Part shown: one piece after another, positions 53,901 through 64,000 of the stretch | Layout: every line of letters starts with the position of its first letter | Position numbering within the stretch: position 1 is the first letter of the stretch | Assembly: GCF_006345805.1 (NCBI RefSeq) | Contig: NC_042999.1 | Span: 107,012,001 to 107,076,000, forward strand | Source of the DNA: Octopus sinensis | Taxonomy: Eukaryota | DNA length: 64,000 nt | Direction: 5' to 3' | Notes under the pieces: generated by a model | Database searches by the model: none | Told to the model about the DNA's origin: nothing | Seen by the model: only the letters and a program-made list of their open reading frames with translations | Translations under genes and position numbers: made by a program

Positions 53901-54578
53901 TTAATAAAACAAAATATGATACATCATTTTTCAGAGAAATGTTGCAATTTTGTAACATAGAAATTCTTAAACGATTTTTATTCACTTTTTGTGACTCAGT
54001 TTGCAGAGAAAAAGCAGTGCTTAAGATTCTTTATGTAGAGCTTCCAATATTGATGGGATAAGTAATCCTTAGTGACAGAGGTCTGATAGATCAAACACTT
54101 CTGACAGACTGAGCTCTCCTAATGGCACTCAATGGCTAGGTGAATCCAGGTGAAGGATTCAGTCTTCTACTCTTGAACAGGTATAGTCCACCTATAAAAC
54201 TACCACACAGCTTCTAACAACTTAGATTTACTTATAAGATTTAGATCAACTCAAGGCTATGATACAAGATATTTATTTAAGGTATAGTGCCCTGAGATCG
54301 AACTCAAATATATGTAACTTTGTGTGTGTGTGCATGCACATGTGTGTGTGTGTGCATGTGTGTATGCTGAGTTTATTTTACTCTGATGATGTCTCTTATA
54401 AAAATACTACTATGTCTAATCATCGCTATTAATTTATGAATACCAAGTCTCAAATTGTTGGACCGTTCAATATATATATATATACATACTAGCAATAACC
54501 ATGCCTCAGATTTGCCTCATTATCCATGGTACTGCCTCTGTATACACATACACACACACACACACACACATATGTTTG

Positions 54579-54612
<34 letters not shown>

Positions 54613-54759
54613 ATAATATATATATATATATAATAATAATTATATATTATTTATATAATCATATATCTACCATTTAAATTAACTAAGCCTAAAGTATCTT
54701 TCAATCAATTGTTTAGGTTTAGTCACTCTAAATGGAACATATATTATAATAGTCCTTTA

Positions 54760-54965
54760 TTCTTTTACTTGTTTCAATCATTTGACTGTGGCCATGCTGA
54801 AGCACTGCCTTAAAGGGTGTCAGTCAAAGAAATCGACCCCAAGACTTATTTTTTGTGAACCAACTACTTATTTTATTGGTCTCTTTTGCTAAACAACTAG
54901 GTTACAGGTACATAAACACACCAGCATCAGTTGTCAAGTGGTAATGAGGGGACAAACACAGACAC
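54760..54965 (-). mobile_element. 3' half of SINE family A
   Basis: ttttacttgtttcaatcatttgactgtggccatgctg...gggacaaacaca. Confidence 0.75.
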
Positions 54966-55011
54966 ACACACACACACATAAGTATATACATACATGTATG
55001 TATGTATATAC

Positions 55012-55063
<52 letters not shown>

Positions 55064-55245
55064 CATACATATACATTTATATCATCATCATAATTGAATT
55101 CCCATTTTCCATGCTGGATTGGGTAGGAAGATTTGACAGGAGCTGGCAAGCCAGAGAGCTACATCTGGCTCTGCTACCTACTTTGGCATGGTTATACAGC
55201 AGGATGCTCTTCTTAGCACCAACTACTTTGCAGAGCATACTGAGT

Positions 55246-55295
<50 letters not shown>

Positions 55296-55298
<3 letters not shown>

Positions 55299-55530
55299 TC
55301 ATCATCATCGTTTAACGTCCGTTTTCCGCACTAGCATGGGTTGGACGGTTCAACCGGGGTCTGGGAAGCCAGGGGCTGCTCCAGTCTGATCTGGCAGAGT
55401 TTCTATGGCTGGATGCCCTTCCTAACGCCAACCACTCCGCGAGTGTAGTGGGTGCTTTTTACGTGCCACCTGCACAGGTGCCAGGGGGGGACCGGCATCG
55501 GTCACGATCGGTTGGAGCTTTTAACGTGCC
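55296..55530 (-). mobile_element. RTE-type 3' end (CpG-rich, probably young)
   Basis: catcatcgtttaacgtccgttttccgcactagcatgggttggacgg...gtgctttttacgtgccacc. Confidence 0.85.
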
Positions 55531-55583
<53 letters not shown>

Positions 55584-57297
55584 AAAATGTGTGTGTGTGT
55601 GTGTGTGTGTGTGTCACAGATTAAGCTGTCAAAACATATCATCCATTAGTAAATAAAAATGTCATAGAAATACCTATTCAATGATTTGGAATGTTAGAAA
55701 ACCTTAGAGATATTGTACAGAGCAAGAAAATTTTTTAAATCATTATAGCTTATTCTTATCACTTGGTGTATTACTGTATCTAAAATGTTAACAAGGCTAG
55801 AGAGGTATATTTCACTACTTCTGAAAAATCAAGAAATATATAGTTATCTATCATTGAATTTATGAATACAAGTAAAACACATCTTCGAGATTGTCCGAAA
55901 AGTTCCTGCTGATTCAGTAAAATAGTTTCTTTTTTTAGCCTTTTAGAGATGTCCAAATAAGCAATGTTCTTTTGTTTGTGACTTCACAAGCATCATGTGT
56001 CTCTTAATTGTATGCTGGAGGCTCTCCATGAAGGTAAAGCTTCTATTGAAAGTCGTTTATTTAAGTTTCAGTACAGGAAAATGTGAAAAATATTTGTATA
56101 TCACTATATGCTGTTTTCTGAACATACTGAGATAAATAAATAAATAAATAAATAGGCAAAACCAAAATGTTTTCTACATACACACACATACACACACACA
56201 TGCATATGCACTTACATCTACATATGCAACTGCTATTCTGATAGTCTGTGTATGTTTGGTTTATCTATACATATATATACTTCAATATTTTCTTGATAGT
56301 GTGTGCTTGTACGCATGCATACACTTATATACATGTGCGTTTGTACGAGTGTGTGTGTGTATGTGTGTACACACAAGCATACACACACAGACACAAATGC
56401 ATATGCATTCATCTATATATATTGCTGAATCATTAGCAATGTCACATAAAAAGTTGATCAGAATTTACTAGTTTAATAAAAAGAAAATACTTGACTTGTA
56501 CCAGGATGCCTGGCTCCAAACCAATTACCTTAAAAGATAAAAAAAATAAAATCAGAACTGCAACAGAGAAGTTGCCTATAAATTGTTTTCATCAAAGAAT
56601 TATTTGATTCTGCATGGAATTTTCTAAGATCAATACTCATTCCATCAAAGATAATTCACCCCAAATGTTGTCTATTTGGATAAATGGCTATATGCAAAAA
56701 TAGCTTGGAATTTACTTTCTTATATACTTTTATTATATCCTTCAGTAGCACAGCTGCTGATATTGATAAATGATGTCATGGAAATAGGTTAGCAACAAAC
56801 ATAATTTTAACTTATGCTGTTCACTTTTTTGGGGGAAATAAAGTTAATTCTTTTATTAATGTTTATATTGAATCATTTAGTGGAATAAGGGACTCTGTAT
56901 CTTGGATTCAATATTTGCTTTGGTGACTCTGTGATTACCTTTGATAATTCATGTTATTCTATTCTCCATAATCTATATACATCAAAAGCAGATGATTTTA
57001 TCACTTCTTAATTGAAACTATTTATATTTAAAAAGGAAATTCACCAATAATATTTTATAACCAATAATAACTATGAGTCACAAAATTCTGTGTCTGACCC
57101 AACTTAAAATAGGAAAAAATAGAATGAAACAAGTGCAAATAATCAGAAAATATATTTGGCAACAAATTTAGGGGCAATCTAAAACTTAGATACTGAGTAG
57201 ATTAGCTTATATTTCATTTGAAAGCTAATAATTTATAGAATGAAACATTTAGAAGTATTCAGTAAGTCATTATCTTATGGTGTTTCCATCCATTCAG

Positions 57298-57360
57298 CTC
57301 TGTTTGATCTGCTGTTTGATGAAGCATCAGCATATATTTGTCGGCTTAGCTATGGTGGTT
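57298..57360 (+). CDS. Candidate 63-nt symmetric exon (LFDLLFDEASAYICRLSYGG), product unknown
   Basis: tttccatccattcAG|...|GTATGC with an open phase-1/1 frame; no recognised homology. Confidence 0.2.
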
Positions 57361-57466
57361 GTATGCCTACAAGTCAACACTAGCCAAGTATGAGTCAGAC
57401 AGGGTGCTCCTACAATTCAGTGATAAGTTCTGACCATAGGCACTCAAACTCAGAATGCAAAGTGCA

Positions 57467-57704
57467 TTTCAAGGTGGCGAGCTGGCAGAAACTTTACCAC
57501 GCCGGGTGAAATGCTTAGTGGTATTTCGTCCATCTTTACATTCTGAGTTCAAATTCTGCCAAGGTCGACTTTGCCTTTCATCCTTTCAGGGTCGATAAAT
57601 TAAGTACCAGTTACGCACTGGGGTCGATGTAATCGACTTAATCCCTTTGTCTGTCCTTGTTTGTCCCCTCTATGTTTAGCCCCTTGTGGGCAATAAAGAA
57701 AAAT
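57467..57704 (+). mobile_element. Full-length SINE family B with 14-bp TSD
   Basis: gaatgcaaagtgca at 57453-57466 and 57705-57718. Confidence 0.9.
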
Positions 57705-60007
57705 GAATGCAAAGTGCAGCATCAGATGCCACAAGGCATCTTGAATGACAATCAAATAATTTCGCCAACCTACTGACCTTGGCTGGTAGTTTATTTATCA
57801 ACCCCCAAACTGCTGAAAGGCAAATATGACCTGATATATTGAGAGGTATATATATTTTGCATATTTAATATCATTGAGTCAATAAGTAAATAATTTTTAT
57901 CGTTACATAGGAAGAACTAAATGTGTGATCTTTCCTTTGTAAATAATTTAGTAGGTTTTCACAGAGTCAGATTTCCAGTTGTCACATGCTGATATGAATA
58001 AAACAAAAATAAAAAAGCAAAATTCTGAAATATTCCTGAATGTAGAAGTTGTACATCACAGATAGTTGCTAGATAGTAAATTAGGAAATCAAATGTGTTT
58101 TCAACAAGATAATAGAATATTTATGAATACAGAAAAATATTCCTCTGACAATAGTCACATATTTAGTATTATTACCTTCCCTGTGTCTGTTGAATAGATT
58201 TTCACCTAAAGTTAAGGTACATTTTGTTTCTGAAGCTGCAAAGCTTATTTTATTGTCAACTAAATTATGCAGATAACATAATTTTCATAGCTATTTGTGA
58301 AACAATTAAGGTTAATAAAGGATTACTCAAGATGGATGTTATGAAGAAAATCTGAGATTATTTTGAAATGAGCTTTATGCAACATCTAGATAAATATTGT
58401 TGTATTCAACAACTATTTCTCTTTTGTAGAAATTTTATTATTTAAAAGGAATGCTAAGAACACAACGTGTGTTTAATAACCCAATATTTTTAGTATTGGA
58501 TTTAAATTATTGTTTTTATTTCTTTCATAAGATGATTTGGTTACTGTATAGAAACTACACAATAAATTACTGCTAGTACAGTACTTCAACACTGCATCAT
58601 TCTTCTGTTCTCAAGTATTCTCTTTACAGGTTATTGCTGTTGTTGTTGAATGAGCCAGCATATGCTGAAAGATATTCCAGCTATGATCAACCCATAGTTT
58701 TTATGTATCAAGAATTACATTGTTTAAGGTGTTCTTCAGAATGGTGTGATTTGAGGGACATTTCGACATTATTTCTAGCATATTGAGTTGCCACATAGGG
58801 GTTTGGGCTTCATCATTCATTCACTCATAACATGTGAATCTGGTTGCTTGAGTTATACAGCTTATTCAAAACAATGTACAATTCATGAGTTACTGGCCTC
58901 TTATCAACTCAACCAAAGTGATGATATTGCATGTAAACAATATGGATTTCTTATAGAGTCACAAGATCACTGATTGAAGCATGAAGCACAGTTGATTATA
59001 TCAACCCATGAAGTTGACTGGTATGTTATTTTGCAAAATTATTAAATGAAAAATCATGGAGTTGGTATATAAAACTTTCATCTTACAGGAAATGTTTAGC
59101 CCACTCTCTTAAAAAAAATACTTTGCTTGATGTGCCAAACTGGTTGTTAATGTTGCAAGCAACACTTATACCTAAAGGCTATGAGACATATGTTGTAAAA
59201 GAGCCCATATCAGGCTTAAAATGATATGTATAAACTGTACTCAGTTTACTTGAATGAGATCCACCAAGATCACTCTCAAACAAATAATGTGGGAGTTCAT
59301 GATGATCATCATCATACCATTTTAACATCCATTTTCGCCATGCAGAATACTGGAAGTGAATGACGTTCATTCACAATAGACGATGTCAGGGCAAGGAAAT
59401 ACAAACACACACACACACACATCACACACATATTAATACATATCTAAATGTGGGATTCTTTCAGTCTTTGTCTACCAGATCCCCTCACAACACTTTAGAC
59501 AGCCTAGGATTATAGTAGAAGATACTTGCCTAAGATACCACACAGTATGACTGAATCTAAAACCCTTTAACCCACACAGCCATGCCTGCATTTATGATCT
59601 TATGATATATAAGGATAAACAATGATAACCAAGGCAAAATTTAAATTCAGAAAAGAAAAGGGGTACAGCTAAATCCCACAAAGTATTTTCTGTGTCACTC
59701 TACTGATTCTGCAGTGTATATTATGAACTAAAGATTCGCTTATAGATTCATTTATGTAGAGGACTGATTTTGAAATCTTTGTAGCAGATGATCCAGTCCT
59801 TTCTGCCTACTTTTGTGGTCTTTTAATTTCTGCACTCCCTACATCTTTTAATTAAACTTTTAACATGATATTTTGTTATTGCTGTTGCATGTTTCCACAT
59901 CCTACAATGGGCCTTGCTTGTGATGGAACAGATATTGTTGTATTTCAAGATGGTCATTTTTTTTTGCCAAATAAGCACACACACTATATATTTTTCTTCA
60001 CTCATTT

Positions 60008-60238
60008 ATTACTGTTCTTATTCTAACTCATGTTCATTGTCTGGAAACTTTTCATCACACATTTGTTGACTTCTTCAGCTACACTTCCCATCTTCATCTT
60101 TGTGGTTGCTCTTTCTCTGCTTGATGGAATAAGCAGAACAAGAGCACACACGAAGACAGAAAGTGTCACTGAGGAGGTCACAGATGTGTGACGAAAAATT
60201 TCTGGACAATGAACATGAGTTAGAATAAGAACAGTAAT
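60008..60238. repeat. Inverted repeat (~70-bp arms, ~90-bp spacer) with hammerhead-like cores
   Basis: 60008-60078 is reverse-complementary to 60169-60238; right arm reads CTGAGGA G GTCAC agatgt GTGAC GAAA AATT TC. Confidence 0.75.
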
Positions 60239-60631
60239 GAACGAGGGAAAAAATGAATATATAGAGTAAATGATCATCCCAAAATATGAGTGTGTATGTA
60301 TATATATATATATATAAACTTTCATCTTACAGGAAATTTCTAGCCCACTCTCTTTATCTTTTATTAAACTTTTAATACTTTTGATATATATTTAAAATAA
60401 TATTAATTAATTAATTTTATGTATTGGCTTATGTTTTTCATTGTTTGATTTGCCTAATAGTGGTTTTATCTCTAATTTAATATAACATAATATATTTATA
60501 CTATAAAATTGGATTTAATCCTAAATCTGATTTTTCCCTGTAAGTTTAGATTTATTCCCTAATATTTTATTGTTAATATATATATATATTATATATATAT
60601 ATATACAATATGTTACATTACTCGGTAGTCA

Positions 60632-60694
60632 AGATAAAACTCTGAGTTTCAGATGCCGAAGTGGAAATCCACAACACCATCTCTTCGGTTATCT
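60632..60694 (-). ncRNA. Hammerhead-ribozyme-like motif (mirror copy of 61969-62031)
   Basis: Reverse complement of the right-arm motif. Confidence 0.55.
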
Positions 60695-61201
60695 GGCTAT
60701 TTGAAAACGTTATGAAAAAATACCGTTAAAAATGAAGGGAAATTACTCTGTTATAACTCTGCTTTGCCTGCGTACTTATACATCGTTCGCATTTTTCGTC
60801 ATAAAAATTATGTAAAAATACATAAAAATATATAAAAATATATAAAAATATATAAAATCTTCTTGGGACATAACACAGAAAGCATGTTCTATCCGTTTTC
60901 TTTAGGGGACCAAAAACGTAACAGAAATTTAGTCACATGTGGGCATGATCCGAAAAACTCTGTCCTTGTATTTAGACATGTGGTAGGGTCTAAGCTGCTT
61001 TTCCAGATAAGCCATCTCTCCATGTCGCATAAACCGCACCTTCCGCTGCCGTTAGTATAGGGCTTACATCTGGCCAAAATCTTCCATTGTATGTTATAAT
61101 CGACACCTTTATCTCTTAAAGACCAAATATGATTGGATAATTGTGTCGCTTTTCTTTTGTTCCAGTGCCTAAAGCTCAAAGTGTGGTTATTGAACCTGGC
61201 C

Positions 61202-61774
61202 CATGCTTATAGGAAACTCTTCAATAGACACAATTTAAAAATTAGTTTTAGTTCAACTACCAATTTTAAAAACATAATCAATCATAACATACAAAAAACA
61301 CAAGAAGAAAACAGCTGTTCATGCAGGAATAAAGAATTGTGCCCGCTAAATGGAGCTTGCATGTCCAAGACCATCATATATGAAGCTACCGTAAACTCTA
61401 TAACCACTAAAGACACTGTTTCGACGAAGAAATACGTGGGCCTGACAGAGGGTAATTTCAAGGCCAGGTTCAATAACCACACTTTGAGCTTTAGGCACTG
61501 GAACAAAAGAAAAGCGACACAATTATCCAATCATATTTGGTCTTTAAGAGATAAAGGTGTCGATTATAACATACAATGGAAGATTTTGGCCAGATGTAAG
61601 CCCTATACTAACGGCAGCAGAAGGTGCGGTTTATGCGACATGGAGAGATGGCTTATCTGGAAAAGCAGCTTAGACCCTACAACATGTCTAAATACAAGGA
61701 CAGAGCTTTTCGGATCATGCCCACATGTGACTAAATTTCTGTTACGTTTTTGGTCCCCTAAAGAAAACGGATAG
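61202..61774 (+). CDS. Penelope-type GIY-YIG (Uri) endonuclease with upstream Cys-rich linker; 5'-truncated
   Basis: CSCRNKELCPLNGAC, TIIYEATV, KYVGLTE, FKARFNNH, CGLCDMERWLI, CLNTRTE; stop-free; first in-frame ATG of the native sequence at 61361. Confidence 0.88.
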   Translation, partial: HAYRKLFNRHNLKISFSSTTNFKNIINHNIQKTQEENSCSCRNKELCPLNGACMSKTIIYEATVNSITTKDTVSTKKYVGLTEGNFKARFNNHTLSFRHWNKRKATQLSNHIWSLRDKGVDYNIQWKILARCKPYTNGSRRCGLCDMERWLIWKSSLDPTTCLNTRTELFGSCPHVTKFLLRFWSPKENG

Positions 61775-61968
61775 AACATGCTTTCTGTGTTATGTCCCAA
61801 GAAGATTTTATATATTTTTATATATTTTTATATATTTTTATGTATTTTTATATAATTTTTATGACGAAAAATGCGAACGATGTATAAGTACGCAGGCAAA
61901 GCAGAGTTATAACAGAGTAATTTCCCTTCATTTTTAACGGTATTTTTTCATAACGTTTTCAAATAGCC

Positions 61969-62031
61969 AGATAACCGAAGAGATGGTGTTGTGGATTTCC
62001 ACTTCGGCATCTGAAACTCAGAGTTTTATCT
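61969..62031 (+). ncRNA. Type I hammerhead-ribozyme-like motif (CCGAAGA core)
   Basis: AGATAA CCGAAGA GATG-[long hairpin]-CATC T GAAA CTC A GAG TT TTATCT: 6-bp stem I, stem III ACTC/GAGT, GUU site. Deviations: U4C and an extra U before GAAA. Confidence 0.55.
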
Positions 62032-62127
62032 TGACTACCGAGTAATGTAACATATTGTATAGATAAATTTCTTCTATTTACATAATATTGAGGTCTCTTT
62101 CTTTCTTTTGTTATCTTACCGTTTTAT

Positions 62128-62195
<68 letters not shown>

Positions 62196-62699
62196 GGTAT
62201 GTTTCAAAATCTGTTTGCATGTGAATTTATGTGACAGTGTGAGTGTGTGTGTATATGTGTGTGTCGTTGTAAGGTCAAATCTATATCTGACTCCACCACT
62301 GCATCATCATTGATTCCACAATTCGATCAGTTTTTGGCAAGTCACGCTTGTTAATCCAAGCATCACACACTCAGTAATGCCAATATAAATGGTTTCACAA
62401 AGTCCATGAAAACAGAAGACATCTGGAGGTTTCCATGGCATCACTGATTGAACCATTTCTATTCTTTGACATATCAGACAATGTCAGTTGAAATGTAACA
62501 GCTTTCTCTTCAAATGTCATTGAAAGTAATTTCATTTTTTTTCTCTTCTTAAATACAGAATTTCTTGTTCATTGTTTAGACTGATACCAACTGAGACCAA
62601 AATCGGTTTATAGCATATATTTGAGGGTCTGTATAACCAAGATTAACGTTATAGATTCATTCATTCTCTCCCACACTCTCTCTCATTCAATCATTTATT

Positions 62700-62850
62700 C
62701 CTTCATACATACGTACATGCATACATACGTACATGCATACATACATACATACATACATACGTACATGCATACATACGTACATGCATACATACATACATAC
62801 ATACATACATACATACATACATACATGCATACATATATACATACATACTT
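62700..62850. repeat. (CATA)n microsatellite with a repeated cgtacatg variant
   Basis: Direct inspection. Confidence 0.95.
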
Positions 62851-62859
62851 TCATGTCAA

Positions 62860-63490
62860 TCACTTATGTCGCTATTAGTTTTATGGTTTTCTTTTAGATC
62901 ATCCATATGTCTCTCATCAAGTACACTGTCATTGCTCCTTTCATGCGCAATGAGATTACCCTTATTAGTAAGAACTGTATTTTCATTGTTGTCTCTGCTG
63001 CTATTTTCCATGACCCATCTTTTGATAGCTTCGAGCTCTACTTCTGTGAACCAACAATTTTTCTTATTGCTCTAGCTTGATCACATAGCCTCTGTTCCGT
63101 GAGTTCAAACAGTCCCTTTTCTCTCCAATGATCATACACACATTGTCGGTAACCCTTAATTTGAGTACCATTTTCATCTACCGGGTTGCTCAAGTAGTAA
63201 CACTCCATGACCACAGCATTAATTTGCTTGCTCCATCTACGCTGTGTATGGTGGTCCCTTTCTGGATATGGACAGGCTGGAGCCAGACCAGAATCTCTGA
63301 GCCTACCAGGTGTTAAACTGTCACCATCATTGGCTTCAGTTTCATTACCACGATTATTCACAATATTTTGCGTTTTCATTGTCACTCATATGAGATAGCA
63401 ATTATCACATTGCACAATTACCAATGTTTTTATTGTGACACCATCACTAGATGTATCATTACTAGCCCATAAGGAGGCTCCATCCATTTC
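62860..63490 (-). mobile_element. 5' fragment of an R4/Dong-like retrotransposon
   Basis: RRWSKQINAVVMECYYLSNP...GYRQCVYDHWREKGLFELTEQRLCDQARAIRK matches the N-terminus of the 40.4-44 kb copy; upstream end abuts (TAA)n. Confidence 0.8.
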
Positions 63491-63919
63491 CTTTCATTAT
63501 TATTATTATTATTATCATCACAGATATCATTGATATTATTGGTTTTATGTGTAGTAGCAGAAGTGGTTGCAGCCACAGCAACAGTATCTGGGGTGGGGAA
63601 GTGGTTAAGGTGGTAGCTGGACCTTAGAATCCTGTGCTATCATAATAGTAGTAGTTGTAGTATTATTGTAGTATTAGTAGCATTTAGTACCAGCAGCTGC
63701 AGCATATTATTTTTATTTTTATTTTTTCCTTATCACCATCACCACCACTACCATTGTTGGAGGAGATACTTGAGCAGCAGTTTGGTGAATAGATCATATA
63801 GTACAGGTCGATAAATAAACTTGGCAAATAGTGGAGAGGTCAGCCATAGAGACAAAAGAATCTTTGGGTCAGCAGAGGTCAAATGTGTTTACTACTACCA
63901 GTGGCCGCTGGTATTATTA

Positions 63920-63955
<36 letters not shown>

Positions 63956-64000
63956 CATTATTAGATTTTGGAATCGATCTGGTACTGGACAAGAATTCTG

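Larger units (their letters stand above)
60602..62061. mobile_element. Penelope-like element remnant with 600-bp inverted arms (60602-61201 / 61462-62061) and 260-bp spacer
   Basis: Arms are reverse-complementary with four mismatches found by eye; GIY-YIG coding sequence; hammerhead-like motif near each outer end; no RT. Confidence 0.92.

Noticed and set aside
61133-61201. N-terminus of the 213-aa ORF
   Set aside because: It starts at TTG and is the antisense of the inverted arm, so it is not native endonuclease sequence.
62300-62420. ETIYIGITE as a GIY-YIG motif
   Set aside because: An isolated short match without the downstream R/H/E/N pattern.
2738-63398. Dozens of ORFs rich in IY, VC, HT, or poly-L/I/E/R
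   Set aside because: They are translations of (TA)n, (TG)n, (CATA)n, (ATT)n, (CTT)n and (AAGG)n microsatellites, not genes.

Overview
AT-rich, microsatellite-saturated animal genomic DNA. The repeat families look like those of a coleoid cephalopod (Octopus); this is an inference from recalled repeat sequences, not a database result. There is no confidently identifiable host gene, and nearly all listed ORFs are microsatellite or repeat artefacts. The window is a mosaic of: (i) at least six decayed R4/Dong-like RLE non-LTR retrotransposons, several stacked at (TAA)n repeats; (ii) many RTE-clade LINE 3' ends, one with a dimeric ~61-bp minisatellite; (iii) several tRNA-derived SINE families, four copies with clean target-site duplications; (iv) a deleted mariner; (v) a young Penelope-like element with 600-bp inverted arms and an apparently intact GIY-YIG domain. 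The most interesting pattern is three fold-back elements of apparently unrelated sequence (8941-9622, 60008-60238, 60602-62061). Each carries an outward-pointing minimal type I hammerhead-ribozyme-like motif in both arms, i.e. one on each strand. All folds and alignments were done by eye.
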